From the NCBI GenBank assembly GCA_947626565.1, contig CANQSQ010000003.1:1518-65517 (forward strand): 64,000 nucleotides of DNA, written 5' to 3'. Position numbers and translations under genes: made by a program. The notes beneath the pieces are model-generated. The model searched no databases. It saw only the letters and a program-made list of their open reading frames with translations, and was not told where the DNA came from. This stretch comes from an uncultured Bacilli bacterium (GTDB lineage: Bacteria > Bacillota_I > Bacilli_A > RF39 > UBA660). Positions 9,148 to 19,475 of this stretch are shown piece after piece (the first letter of the stretch is position 1; each line of letters opens with the position of its first letter).

Positions 9148-10086
9148 ATGGAAAAAGTATTGTTAAGTATTGTTATTCCAACATATAAAAGAAATGACTC
9201 TCTTTGTAGAGCAATTGATAGTGTTTTAAAAAATAAGGGAAGTTATGAAATAATTGTTGTTGATGATAATGATGAAGACTCAGTTTATAGAAAAAATAAT
9301 ATTGAGTTAATGAAAAAATATGACAATAACGATAAAGTAAAATATATTGTTCATGAAAAAAATAAAAATGGTGCGGCTGCGAGAAATACAGGTATAAGTC
9401 ATTCGAAAGGACTTTATATTACTTTTTTAGATGATGATGATGAATTTACTTATGATAGAATAACTGAAATAGAAAAAGTAATTAGAAAAGAAAAAAAAAC
9501 TGATTTTATTTTTACGGGAACCATTTTTAAAAGAAATAACAAAATTATTAGGACAAATAAAAAACTTAATGAAGAGAATCTTGATTCAAAGACACTTATT
9601 AAATTATTACTGCTTGAAGAATCATTTATTGGAACTGGCAGCAATATGATTTGTAGGAGCGAAATTGTTAAAAAGATAAATGGTTTTGATGAAACATTTA
9701 CTAGAAATCAGGATTTGGAGTTTTTGATTAGATTTTTAGAATTATCAAAAAAAAATATTTATATTGATATGAATTTAGTTATAAAGCATTTAGATGATAC
9801 TTCAAATTTTCCAACATATCAAAAAATGTTAATTGTTAAAGAAAAATTTTTGACTAAATTTTTACATTTGATAAATGAATATGATGCATGTACTATAAAA
9901 AAAATTTATACAAAAAATTATAAGACACTTTTAAGATGTGCTTATAATGATGAAAAAAGTCAACGCAAATTGGCAAGAATATATATCAAAAATAAAGGAT
10001 ATAATTTGTTCTTTTACGAATTAGAATTATCTATGAGAAGTAAATTAAAGAAAATAAAAAATTATTTGCAAAAACTTAAACATTAA
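9148..10086 (+). CDS. glycosyltransferase family 2
   Basis: LSIVIPTYKR, VVDDNDEDS and the DxD-type FLDDDDEF motifs of GT-A/GT2 enzymes. Confidence 0.85.
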   Translation: MEKVLLSIVIPTYKRNDSLCRAIDSVLKNKGSYEIIVVDDNDEDSVYRKNNIELMKKYDNNDKVKYIVHEKNKNGAAARNTGISHSKGLYITFLDDDDEFTYDRITEIEKVIRKEKKTDFIFTGTIFKRNNKIIRTNKKLNEENLDSKTLIKLLLLEESFIGTGSNMICRSEIVKKINGFDETFTRNQDLEFLIRFLELSKKNIYIDMNLVIKHLDDTSNFPTYQKMLIVKEKFLTKFLHLINEYDACTIKKIYTKNYKTLLRCAYNDEKSQRKLARIYIKNKGYNLFFYELELSMRSKLKKIKNYLQKLKH

Positions 10087-10166
10087 TGTGAGTATAGTTA
10101 TGATTGGAAAAACTATTAGTTCTACTTATCTTTTATTAAGAAAATTGAAGAAAAGGAGTATAAATT

Positions 10167-11039
10167 ATGATATCAATAAAAGAAAAAATAAAAAAATTAA
10201 TTCCAGATAAAATATTTTTAAAGATTTTATATAGGAAAATCTTTAATGAAAAATTGAATTTAAAAAATCCACAAACATTTAACGAAAAATTGCAATGGTT
10301 AAAATTGTATAATAGAAATCCTGAATATACAAAAATGGTTGATAAATATGAAGCAAAAAATTATGTTGCATCAGTTATTGGCAAAGAATATATTATTCCT
10401 ACTATAGGTTTATATGACAAGTTTGATGATATTGATTTTGATAAACTACCAAATCAATTTGTAATAAAGTGTACACATGATTGTGCAAGTACTATAATAG
10501 TAAAGGATAAAAATAATTTTGATATTAATGAGGTAAGAAAAAAAATTAATACTAATTTGAAAAAAAATTTTTTTTACAATGGACGTGAATGGGTTTATAA
10601 AAATGTAAAGCCTAGAATAATAATAGAAAAATATATGGAAGATAAACAAAATAAATCAATGAGAGATTACAAATTTTTTTGCTTCAATGGAATGGTTGAA
10701 TTATTATATATAAGTGATGATTCTCATACAAATTATCAAAAAATTGCTTTTTTTGATAAGAATTTTAACAAATTAGACTGTAAAAGGAAAGATTATAATG
10801 ATTTTAAACAATTACCAAATAAACCAAAAAATTTTGAAAAAATGAAAACTTTTTCTTCCATTCTTTCTAGAAATATACCACACGTTCGAGTTGATTGGTA
10901 TGAAATTAATGGAAAACTTTATTTTGGCGAATTAACGTTTTATACATGTAGTGGTTTTATTCCTTTTGAAGATAAAGAATGGGATAAAAAATTAGGTGAT
11001 TTGATTTCACTAGATAAGGTTGATATGCATGAGAAGTAA
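10167..11039 (+). CDS. TupA-like ATP-grasp family protein (amidoligase-type polysaccharide modification)
   Basis: N-terminal PQTFNEKLQWLKLYNRNPEYTKMVDKYEAKNYV and C-terminal VRVDWYEINGKLYFGELTF are characteristic of the ATPgrasp_TupA family. Confidence 0.7.
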   Translation: MISIKEKIKKLIPDKIFLKILYRKIFNEKLNLKNPQTFNEKLQWLKLYNRNPEYTKMVDKYEAKNYVASVIGKEYIIPTIGLYDKFDDIDFDKLPNQFVIKCTHDCASTIIVKDKNNFDINEVRKKINTNLKKNFFYNGREWVYKNVKPRIIIEKYMEDKQNKSMRDYKFFCFNGMVELLYISDDSHTNYQKIAFFDKNFNKLDCKRKDYNDFKQLPNKPKNFEKMKTFSSILSRNIPHVRVDWYEINGKLYFGELTFYTCSGFIPFEDKEWDKKLGDLISLDKVDMHEK

Positions 11040-12528
11040 AAAAGCTTTGTATAATATAGTTAGTAACTTGGCATTGCAATTAATTATTATTATTTATGGA
11101 TTTGTTGTACCAAAAATCATCATTAAGGGATATGGTTCAGATGTAAATGGTCTTGTTGTTTCTATTACACAATTTTTAACATATATTACTTTATTAGAAT
11201 CTGGTTTTGGCCCAGTTATTAAGTCTATATTATATAAACCAATTTCTAAAAACCAAAAAGATAAAATTGTAAATATTTTAAAATCAGCAGAAAAATTTTT
11301 TAGAAATATTGCAAAAATATTTATAGTTTATATTATTATTTTAAGTTTTATTTATCCTATATTGGTAAACAATCAATTTTCTGCCTTATATACTGTATCA
11401 TTAATTTTAATCATTTCAATAACAACTTTTTTTGAATATTATTTTGGAATTACTTACCGAATTTACTTGGAGGCTGAGCAGAAAAGCTATATTATTTCGT
11501 TGATTCAAATTATATTATATATAATCAGTATATTAGTAATATTAATTAGTAGTTACTTTAATTTGCCAATACATATTTTAAAATTAATTAGTGGTTTGAT
11601 TTTTATCTTAAAACCGCTTATGCAAAATTTTTATATAAGAAAACATTATCAAATTAATTTAAATACTGCAAAAGAAAACTACAATATAAAAAACAAATGG
11701 GATGGCTTGGCTCAACATATTGCATTTGTTATTCATACAAATACAGACATAACGATTTTAACAATTTTTAGCACATTGAAAGAGGTATCAGTATACTCAA
11801 CTTATTTATTAGTTGTAAAAGGAATAAAACAATTAATTCAAGCAATATCTTCGGGAATTGAGTCGTCATTTGGTGATATGATAGCAAGGAATGAAATAGA
11901 AAACTTAAATAAAAAATTTCATTTATATGAAATTATATATTTTTCATTGTGTACTGTTGTTTTTACATGCACTATAATTTTAATTACACCATTCATAGCT
12001 GTTTATACTAAAGGAATATCTGACGCAAATTATATTAGATATTCTTTTGGATACTTGTTAGTTATAAGTGAATATATTTGGGCAATTAGATTACCATATA
12101 GTACTATTACAATGGTGGCTGGACATTTTAAAGAGACTAGAAATGGAGCTTGGATAGAAGCTTTTACTAATATTTTTTTATCAATAATATTAGTATGGAA
12201 ATATGGAATTATAGGTGTTACCATAGGAACAATTGTTGCTATGGTAATAAGAACTTTAGAATTTGTTTATCACACTAATAAATATATATTAAAAAGGAAC
12301 TTATTTACTAGTGTAAAGAAAATCCTGATAATTATTGTCGAAACAATTGCCATTATATTATTAAGCAAATATATTCCTTGCTCTTTAAGTTTGTCATTTT
12401 TAAATTGGATTTTTAGAAGCTGCATTACATGTTTTGTAGCAATAGTTACTGTATTAATTATTAATTGTTTGTTTTATAAAAAAGAAATTAAAGACATTTT
12501 TAATAGTATATTTAAAAAAAGAAAATAA
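11029..12528 (+). CDS. Wzx-type oligosaccharide flippase (MOP superfamily polysaccharide biosynthesis protein)
   Basis: About 500 aa, hydrophobic throughout (12-14 segments), located inside the cps operon. Overlaps the stop of the upstream gene. Confidence 0.8.
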   Translation: MRSKKALYNIVSNLALQLIIIIYGFVVPKIIIKGYGSDVNGLVVSITQFLTYITLLESGFGPVIKSILYKPISKNQKDKIVNILKSAEKFFRNIAKIFIVYIIILSFIYPILVNNQFSALYTVSLILIISITTFFEYYFGITYRIYLEAEQKSYIISLIQIILYIISILVILISSYFNLPIHILKLISGLIFILKPLMQNFYIRKHYQINLNTAKENYNIKNKWDGLAQHIAFVIHTNTDITILTIFSTLKEVSVYSTYLLVVKGIKQLIQAISSGIESSFGDMIARNEIENLNKKFHLYEIIYFSLCTVVFTCTIILITPFIAVYTKGISDANYIRYSFGYLLVISEYIWAIRLPYSTITMVAGHFKETRNGAWIEAFTNIFLSIILVWKYGIIGVTIGTIVAMVIRTLEFVYHTNKYILKRNLFTSVKKILIIIVETIAIILLSKYIPCSLSLSFLNWIFRSCITCFVAIVTVLIINCLFYKKEIKDIFNSIFKKRK

Positions 12529-12565
12529 GTATTTAGAATTAAAATTTTTTGAAGGTGATGATTCA

Positions 12566-13131
12566 ATGATAAAAAATAAAAAAGATTATTTAGAATATTT
12601 GAAAAGAGATAAAATAGCTTTAGGAAGGACAGCTAAATTTCCTAGTATGTTTGATTATATTTGGAAATATGAAATTTTATTAAGAAAATGTGAATATCTA
12701 AAAAATTGTGGGGGGGGGTATATAATAAAATATTATTTAAATATTTTATTATAAAGAGAAATAAATTAGGAATAAAGCTAGGTTTTAGTATACCATTAAA
12801 TGTTTTTGACTCTGGTTTAAGTATTGCTCATATAGGACCAATAATTGTTAATGGAGGTGCCAAGATTGGAAAAAATTGTCGCATTCACGTTGGAGTTAAT
12901 ATAGGAACTAAAGCTGGTTTTGAGCATGATGCACCAATACTTGGGGATAATATATACATTGGACCGGGAGCAAAATTATTTGGAAAAATACATATAGCTG
13001 ATAACATAGCTATAGGGGCTAATGCTGTTGTTAATAAAAGTTTTGCTGAAACAGGAATTTCAATAGCTGGTGTTCCAGCTAAAAAAATTAGTAATAAAGG
13101 TACAAAAAATATAATTAAGTTAAATAAATAG
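12566..13131 (+). pseudogene. hexapeptide-repeat O-acetyltransferase (serine-acetyltransferase-like), split by a frameshift at a G9 tract
   Basis: ORF 12566-12754 encodes the family's N-terminal helical part (DYLEYLKRDKIALG...LLRKCEYLKN). ORF 12706-13131 encodes the left-handed beta-helix part (GLSIAHIGPIIVNGGAKIGKNCRIHVGVNIG...). The two frames meet inside GGGGGGGGG, and adding one G would fuse them. Confidence 0.8.
12710..12718. repeat. G9 homopolymer (slipped-strand phase-variation candidate)
   Basis: Read directly: tgtgggggggggta. It is the only long G/C homopolymer I noticed in this very AT-rich window. Confidence 0.95.
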
Positions 13132-13143
13132 GAGGATTTTTTT

Positions 13144-14310
13144 GTGAAAATAGCAGTTGCAGGAACAGGTTATGTAGGATTATCACTTGCTACATTGCTT
13201 AGCCAAAATAATGAAGTTATGGCACTTGATGTCATAGAAGAAAAAGTTAATATGATTAATAATAGGATATCACCTATTAAAGACGAGTATATCGAAAAAT
13301 TTTTTAAAGAAAAACAATTAAATTTAAAAGCAACTCTTGATTATGAAGAAGCTTTTAATAATGCTAAATTCATTATAATAAGTACCCCCACGAATTATGA
13401 TGATGAACTAAACTATTTTGATACTTCTTCCGTTGAAGATATAATTGAAAAAGTTATTAGTATGAATATTGATACAACTATTGTTATTAAATCAACTATA
13501 CCAGTAGGTTTTGTTGAATCTATGAAAAAGAAATATCATATTGATAATATTATGTTTTCACCTGAATTCTTACGTGAAGGAAAAGCTTTATATGATAACT
13601 TATATCCATCTAGAATAATAGTTGGATCTACTGATGATAAAGCTCATTTATTTGCTTCAATTCTAAAGGAAGCTTCTTTAAAAGAAGAGGTTCCTATTTT
13701 ATATATGAATTCAACAGAAGCTGAAGCAGTTAAGTTATTTGCTAATACTTATTTAGCTTTAAGAGTATCTTATTTTAATGAATTAGACACCTATGCTGAA
13801 ATTAAAAATCTAAATACAAAAGATATTATTGATGGAGTTTGTTTAGATCCAAGAATAGGAACTCATTATAATAATCCATCATTTGGTTATGGAGGGTATT
13901 GTTTACCAAAAGATACTAAGCAATTATTAGCTAATTATAAAGATGTACCTGAAAATTTAATAGAAGCTATAGTTAAGGCTAATGATACAAGAAAAGATCA
14001 CATTGTTAATATGGTTTTGACAAAAAAACCTAAAGTCGTAGGAATTTATAGATTGACAATGAAAACTGATTCTGATAATTTTAGAGCTAGTGCTATTCAG
14101 GGTATAATTGAACGTTTAAAGAATAAAAATATTGAGATTATTATATATGAACCAACTTTAAATATTAATATTTTTAATGATTGTTTAGTAGTTAATGATT
14201 TTTCACAATTTTCAGAGAAAGCTGATTTAATTTTGGCTAATAGGCTAGATAGTAAAATTAAGATTTTAAAAGATAAAATATATACGAGAGACATTTTTTC
14301 AAGAGATTAA
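13144..14310 (+). CDS. ugd: UDP-glucose 6-dehydrogenase
   Basis: GTG start with RBS aggagg. Rossmann MKIAVAGTGYVGLS, catalytic-Cys motif GYGGYCLPKDTKQL, FSPEFLREG. Confidence 0.9.
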   Translation: MKIAVAGTGYVGLSLATLLSQNNEVMALDVIEEKVNMINNRISPIKDEYIEKFFKEKQLNLKATLDYEEAFNNAKFIIISTPTNYDDELNYFDTSSVEDIIEKVISMNIDTTIVIKSTIPVGFVESMKKKYHIDNIMFSPEFLREGKALYDNLYPSRIIVGSTDDKAHLFASILKEASLKEEVPILYMNSTEAEAVKLFANTYLALRVSYFNELDTYAEIKNLNTKDIIDGVCLDPRIGTHYNNPSFGYGGYCLPKDTKQLLANYKDVPENLIEAIVKANDTRKDHIVNMVLTKKPKVVGIYRLTMKTDSDNFRASAIQGIIERLKNKNIEIIIYEPTLNINIFNDCLVVNDFSQFSEKADLILANRLDSKIKILKDKIYTRDIFSRD

Positions 14311-14391
14311 ATTTAAATTATAAAGTCAAAATACAAATATTACATAATATTTGATTGAAAATGTAATGAATTGAAAGTGGTGATTTTAAAA

Positions 14392-15435
14392 ATGAAAGAA
14401 ATTAAAAGTATTAATTTTATAAAATTCTTTTCTTTTTTGTCAATTTTTTTGTTACATACTAATAATATAATTGATTTAAAAATAAATTCTTTGTCAAGAT
14501 TTGGAGTAGAAATATTCATTGTTTTATCTGGCTTCCTAATGTATTACAATTATTATGATAAGTTTGACAATACTGGTGAAAAGATACCCTTTTTTTTAAA
14601 AAAACTTAAAAAATTTTATCCATTATTTATAATTTCTTTATTAATTAAATTGCCTGTTACTTTGTATAAATACTATTTGGAATTTAATGGATTAAATTTT
14701 CTATTTTTTACCAATTCAGTATTAAGACTAATTCCATCGCTATTTTTATTTCAAGCTTTTATACCTAGTGAAAAGTATTATTTTGCTTACAATGGTGTTG
14801 CTTGGTTTTTAGATGTTTTGTTCTTTTGTTATTTGTTTACACCATTTCTTGTAGGGCAACTAAAAAAAATAAAGAATAAAATTTTAGCTTCTGTAATTGT
14901 CTTTTTAATACAATGCTTTTACATCCTTATATTAAATAAATATCAAATTAATGAATACTGGTATTATATTTTTCCACTTTCTAGAATATTTGACTATATT
15001 CAAGGAATGTTACTATGCAGTATTTATCTTCATTTAAAAAAATGTAAACAAAATATGAAACCATATATATATATATATACAATAATAGAAGCAATAACTA
15101 TATTTTTAATTTTTGTAGCTTTCTTTAATGATTGGTTTCATTATGATATATTTGTCTTATTAATGTCTCTTATCACAATTTTAGTATTTGTAATATGCAA
15201 AGGTCACATATCTAATTTTTTATCTAAATCTAGAATATTAAATAAATTTGGTAAACTTAATTTGGAATTTTATTTGTTACATCAGCCTATTATAAAATAT
15301 TATGAATTTATTTATCAAAAACTTAATATAATTAATCCATATTTATCTGTTTTTATTATATTTGTCATTTTTGTTAATTTATATTTAATTTCGGTAATAA
15401 TTCATGAAAAACTTTTTACCAAAAAAATTAAATGA
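14392..15435 (+). CDS. membrane acyltransferase family 3 (O-acetyltransferase)
   Basis: Multi-pass membrane protein with FGVEIFIVLSGFLM and WFLDVLFFCY motifs typical of acyltransferase_3. The ORF track start at 14371 is in frame upstream. Stop TGA. Confidence 0.75.
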   Translation: MKEIKSINFIKFFSFLSIFLLHTNNIIDLKINSLSRFGVEIFIVLSGFLMYYNYYDKFDNTGEKIPFFLKKLKKFYPLFIISLLIKLPVTLYKYYLEFNGLNFLFFTNSVLRLIPSLFLFQAFIPSEKYYFAYNGVAWFLDVLFFCYLFTPFLVGQLKKIKNKILASVIVFLIQCFYILILNKYQINEYWYYIFPLSRIFDYIQGMLLCSIYLHLKKCKQNMKPYIYIYTIIEAITIFLIFVAFFNDWFHYDIFVLLMSLITILVFVICKGHISNFLSKSRILNKFGKLNLEFYLLHQPIIKYYEFIYQKLNIINPYLSVFIIFVIFVNLYLISVIIHEKLFTKKIK

Positions 15436-15479
15436 TAAAATGTTCTGTTAAATATTTAATAATTTTTAGAATTTTGCCA

Positions 15480-15488
15480 TGATATAAT
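15480..15488 (+). promoter_or_regulatory. candidate internal extended -10 promoter (TGATATAAT)
   Basis: tgatataat lies in the 110-bp gap upstream of the GT4 gene at 15546. Confidence 0.35.
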
Positions 15489-15545
15489 ATGCTTGATTAT
15501 GTTGATTATTGTTTCATTATATAAAATTAGAAAGGAATATTATTT

Positions 15546-16658
15546 ATGAAAAAGCAACCTCTTATAATTGCTCAAATAATGGGTAAATGGAATGGTGGTG
15601 GTGTTGAAGCAGTTGTTATGAATTATTATAGACATTTAGATAGAAATAACATACAATTTGATTTTATTTGTGATAATGATTCAACTAATATACCATATGA
15701 AGAAATAAAAAGGTTAGGTGGCAAAGTTTTTTTAGTACCACCTTATCAGAAAATATTCGAATATAATAAAGAATTATTTAAAATATTTAAAAAAGAAAAG
15801 TATAAAATAGTTCATTCACACATAAATACTTTGTCAATATTTCCATTGAGAATAGCAAAAAAAGCAAATATACCAGTGCGTATAGCTCATAGTCATTCGA
15901 CCTCTAATAAAAAAGAATGGAAAAGGAATTTAATAAAGCAATTATTAAGACCATTTTCAAAAATGTATGCAACTGATTATATGTGCTGCAGTGAGTTTGC
16001 TGGAAGATGGCTTTTTGGAGATAAAGAATTTGACAAGGGAAATGTATATCTTTTAAACAATGCAATAGATGTAGATAAATTTAAATATGATGAAAAGATA
16101 AGAAAAATGAAAAGAGAAGAATTAGGCATAAATAAGGATACTCTAGTGATAGGTCATATTGGAAGATTTGTTTCTCAAAAGAACCATACATTTTTAATTG
16201 ACATTTTTAAAGAAATACATAGACAAAATAAAAATACAACACTTTTATTGGTTGGACAAGGACCCCTTAAGAAGACAATAGAAGAAAAAGTAAAAGTATT
16301 GAACTTAGAAAATAGTGTTATATTTTTAGGACAAAGAGAAGATGTTAATGATTTGTACCAAACTATGGACGTATTTGTATTGCCAAGCCTTTATGAGGGG
16401 CTTCCTGTTGTTGGAGTTGAAGCTCAAGCGAGTGGTCTTTTATGCATGTTTTCTACTGACATGACAAGAGAAGTAAAAATATTAGATACATCTATTTTTA
16501 TACCTTTGGAAAAGTCAAGCAGTTATTGGGCAAAAAAAATTATGGATAATTATACTGCAAATAAAAGAAAAGATGAAAGAAAAGCTGTTACTATGGCTAA
16601 TTTTAGTATTAATGAAGAAGCACAAAAACTAGTAGAAAAATATAAATCTTTAATATAG
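15546..16658 (+). CDS. glycosyltransferase family 4
   Basis: GRFVSQKNH and PSLYEGLPVVGVEAQASGL motifs of GT-B/GT4 enzymes. Confidence 0.85.
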   Translation: MKKQPLIIAQIMGKWNGGGVEAVVMNYYRHLDRNNIQFDFICDNDSTNIPYEEIKRLGGKVFLVPPYQKIFEYNKELFKIFKKEKYKIVHSHINTLSIFPLRIAKKANIPVRIAHSHSTSNKKEWKRNLIKQLLRPFSKMYATDYMCCSEFAGRWLFGDKEFDKGNVYLLNNAIDVDKFKYDEKIRKMKREELGINKDTLVIGHIGRFVSQKNHTFLIDIFKEIHRQNKNTTLLLVGQGPLKKTIEEKVKVLNLENSVIFLGQREDVNDLYQTMDVFVLPSLYEGLPVVGVEAQASGLLCMFSTDMTREVKILDTSIFIPLEKSSSYWAKKIMDNYTANKRKDERKAVTMANFSINEEAQKLVEKYKSLI

Positions 16659-16670
16659 GAGTTATTCTTT

Positions 16671-19043
16671 ATGAAAAAAGTGGGAATTGTATCGTGTTAT
16701 TTTAAAGAAAATTATGGAAGTGTCCTTCAAGCATATGCAACTCAAAGATTTTTGAATAATAATAATGTACAAAATGAAACTATTGAAATAGAAAAAAATA
16801 TTGATTTTAAGAATGGCAAAAAAAAGTTTTATCTTTCTCAAATTATGAATTTTAACTTTTTAAAAACAAAGTTTGGAATGGTAAAATTTAAAATAGATAA
16901 AAAAATCAAGAAAAATTTAAAACAAAATATTTTGATAAGAAATAATGAATTTAAAAAATTTAAAAATAATTTTAGTTTATCCAAAAGTTGTAACACTTAT
17001 AATGAATTGACGGAGTTATCAAAAAATAATTATTCAGACGTTATAGTTGGTAGTGATCAACTATGGCTACCAGTAAATGTTGTTGCTGATTACTATACTT
17101 TGAATTGGGTACCAAATGATATAAATAAAATTTCTTATGCCACAAGTTTTGGAATTTCTGAAATACCCAATAAATATCAAAAATTATATAAAAAGTTTTT
17201 GAAAAGAATTAATTATTTGTCAGTAAGAGAGGAAACTGGTGTAAATTTAGTAAAAAAAATGGCAAATAAAAATGCTAAATTAGTGTGTGATCCTGTATTC
17301 CTTTTAACTAAAGAAAAATGGGATGAGATAGCACCTAAAGAAAGAGTTATAAAAGATAAATATATTTTATGTTACTTTTTAGGAAATAATATTAATCATA
17401 GAAAGTTTGCAGAAAAACTAAAAGAAGCAACTGGCTATAAAATAGTTTCAATAAATCATTGTGATGAATATGTAAAATATTCAGACAAATTTGCTGATAT
17501 TATACCATACGATGTTGGTCCAGATAAATGGTTGGATTTAATAAAAAATGCTGAATATGTATGCACTGATTCTTTTCATTGTACTGCCTTTTCAATAATT
17601 TACAATAAAGAATTTTTTGATTTTAGAAGATATAGTTCTAAAAATAGGAATTCCACTAATTCAAGAATTGATTCATTACTAAACTCATTAAAAATAGATA
17701 AAAATAGAATTTTAGCTGGGACTGAGGATGTAATAGATATTTTAAATCTTAAAATAGATTACGAAAAAGTAAACAAAAAATTAGATGAAATTTCTAAAAC
17801 TTCAGGAGAATGGTTATTAAATTCTATTAAGTGGAAAAAAGAAGAAAGTAAATATATAAAAATTACTAATAAAGAATTTTGTACTGGATGTACTGCTTGT
17901 AAAAATATTTGTCCCAAAGATGCAATAGAAATGATAAGGGATGAAGAAGGTTTTTTATATCCAAAGGTAAATGAGCAAAATTGTATAAAATGTGGTTTAT
18001 GCAAGAAAATCTGCCCAGTATTAAATAAGCTATTAAGAGAAGATTTCAAACAGGAAGGATATATTTTTCAGCATAGTAATAAAAAAATAAGAAAAGAAAG
18101 TACAAGTGGTGGAGCTTTCACTGCAATATCTGAATATATATTAAAAAATGGAGGAGTTGTTTATGGTGTTGGCTTTGATTCTAACTTTAATGTTAAACAT
18201 ATAAGAATTACACAAGAAAAAGATTTATATAAATTTAGAAATTCTAAATATGTCCAGAGTGATCCCAATTCTACATTTTTACAAGTATTAGATGATTTGA
18301 AAAAGAACTTGTTAGTTTGTTATAGTGGCACGGCTTGTCAGATTGAAGGATTAAAGGCATTTTTAAGGAAAGATTATGAAAATCTTATTACTGTTGATGT
18401 AGTTTGTAGGGCAGTTCCTTCACCATTATTATGGAAAAAATATTTTGATTATAGGAATAATCAAAAAAATATTAAAAAAATATATTTTAGAGAAAAATTT
18501 TATGGTTATAAATATTCCAATTTAAGTATTTATAATGAAAATGACTGTATTTATCATAACGGTATAGATACGGATCCATATCTACGAGCGTTTTTTTCTA
18601 ACATTGCATGTAGACCATCGTGTTATAATTGTCATTTTAAGGAACAATTGCATAAGTCTGATTTTACAATATGGGACTGCTTTGAAGTAGATAAATTTTC
18701 CAAAGATTTTGATGATGACTTAGGTACTACGAGAGTGCTTATTAATAGTCAAAGAGGCAGGAAAATTTTTGACAATATTAAAATAGAACATAAATACAAA
18801 GCAATTGATGTTAATATATTGGTAAATAATTTTTATCAAATGTTTAATTCTATAAAATATAATTCTGAAAGAGAGCAATTTTTTGAAGATTTAAACAATG
18901 CTGATTTTAACTCCGTTATTAACAAGTATTTTCCAAATAATATTAAGTGTATGATAGAAAAATATTCTAGAAAAATATTAATATTTATTGGAATATATAA
19001 ACCACTATTAAAATTGGGAAGAAAATTAAGAAGGCGTGACTAA
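16671..19043 (+). CDS. fusion protein: polysaccharide pyruvyl transferase + 2x[4Fe-4S] ferredoxin + coenzyme F420 hydrogenase/dehydrogenase beta (FrhB)-like domain
   Basis: The N-terminal ~390 aa have pyruvyl-transferase features (VGIVSCYFKENYGSVLQAYATQ, VGSDQLW). The centre is CTGCTACKNICPKDAI...CIKCGLCKKICPV (two CX2CX2CX3CP clusters). The C-terminal ~330 aa resemble the FrhB-like family (SGGAFTAISEY, GTACQIEGL, VDVVCRAVPS). Confidence 0.7.
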   Translation: MKKVGIVSCYFKENYGSVLQAYATQRFLNNNNVQNETIEIEKNIDFKNGKKKFYLSQIMNFNFLKTKFGMVKFKIDKKIKKNLKQNILIRNNEFKKFKNNFSLSKSCNTYNELTELSKNNYSDVIVGSDQLWLPVNVVADYYTLNWVPNDINKISYATSFGISEIPNKYQKLYKKFLKRINYLSVREETGVNLVKKMANKNAKLVCDPVFLLTKEKWDEIAPKERVIKDKYILCYFLGNNINHRKFAEKLKEATGYKIVSINHCDEYVKYSDKFADIIPYDVGPDKWLDLIKNAEYVCTDSFHCTAFSIIYNKEFFDFRRYSSKNRNSTNSRIDSLLNSLKIDKNRILAGTEDVIDILNLKIDYEKVNKKLDEISKTSGEWLLNSIKWKKEESKYIKITNKEFCTGCTACKNICPKDAIEMIRDEEGFLYPKVNEQNCIKCGLCKKICPVLNKLLREDFKQEGYIFQHSNKKIRKESTSGGAFTAISEYILKNGGVVYGVGFDSNFNVKHIRITQEKDLYKFRNSKYVQSDPNSTFLQVLDDLKKNLLVCYSGTACQIEGLKAFLRKDYENLITVDVVCRAVPSPLLWKKYFDYRNNQKNIKKIYFREKFYGYKYSNLSIYNENDCIYHNGIDTDPYLRAFFSNIACRPSCYNCHFKEQLHKSDFTIWDCFEVDKFSKDFDDDLGTTRVLINSQRGRKIFDNIKIEHKYKAIDVNILVNNFYQMFNSIKYNSEREQFFEDLNNADFNSVINKYFPNNIKCMIEKYSRKILIFIGIYKPLLKLGRKLRRRD

Positions 19044-19475
19044 ACTATTTATTAAAAGCAGTACTATAAAAACATGTGATAAAAGTTATATGTAAATTAC
19101 AAAATTTAAAATTTGATGAGTTTGAATAATAATAGGATATAAGATATTAAATTATTAAAAAACTTTTTTTAGCATAGCATAAATTAATTTAAAAGAGAGA
19201 AAATAAATATTCTCTGTCAAATAGTGTTGATAGACAATAAAAATGATAAATGAATTAAAATATAGAGGATGATTAAAGTCATCCTTGAATAATTTTTTTG
19301 ATATAAAATGGTTTAACTTTGATAACATTCATAGGTGGCTTTTAATTCTTGATTAGTATTTATCATAAAAGTAACCATTTTTTTGAGATATAATTTTCTT
19401 AAAATATTTATAGTAATGATTAATATTAATTATATAGGTGCTTATTTAGGCACTTTTTATTTTGTAAATTTTTAG

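Noticed and set aside
6388-18049. Short minus-strand ORFs inside the cps genes (6388-6570, 7804-7992, 8641-8841, 8738-8938, 9450-9644, 10446-10649, 12030-12224, 14097-14294, 17759-18049)
   Set aside because: All lie antisense within longer ORFs that have clear family motifs. Their peptides are low-complexity, Ile/Phe/Leu/Ser-rich products of AT-rich antisense frames, with no RBS.
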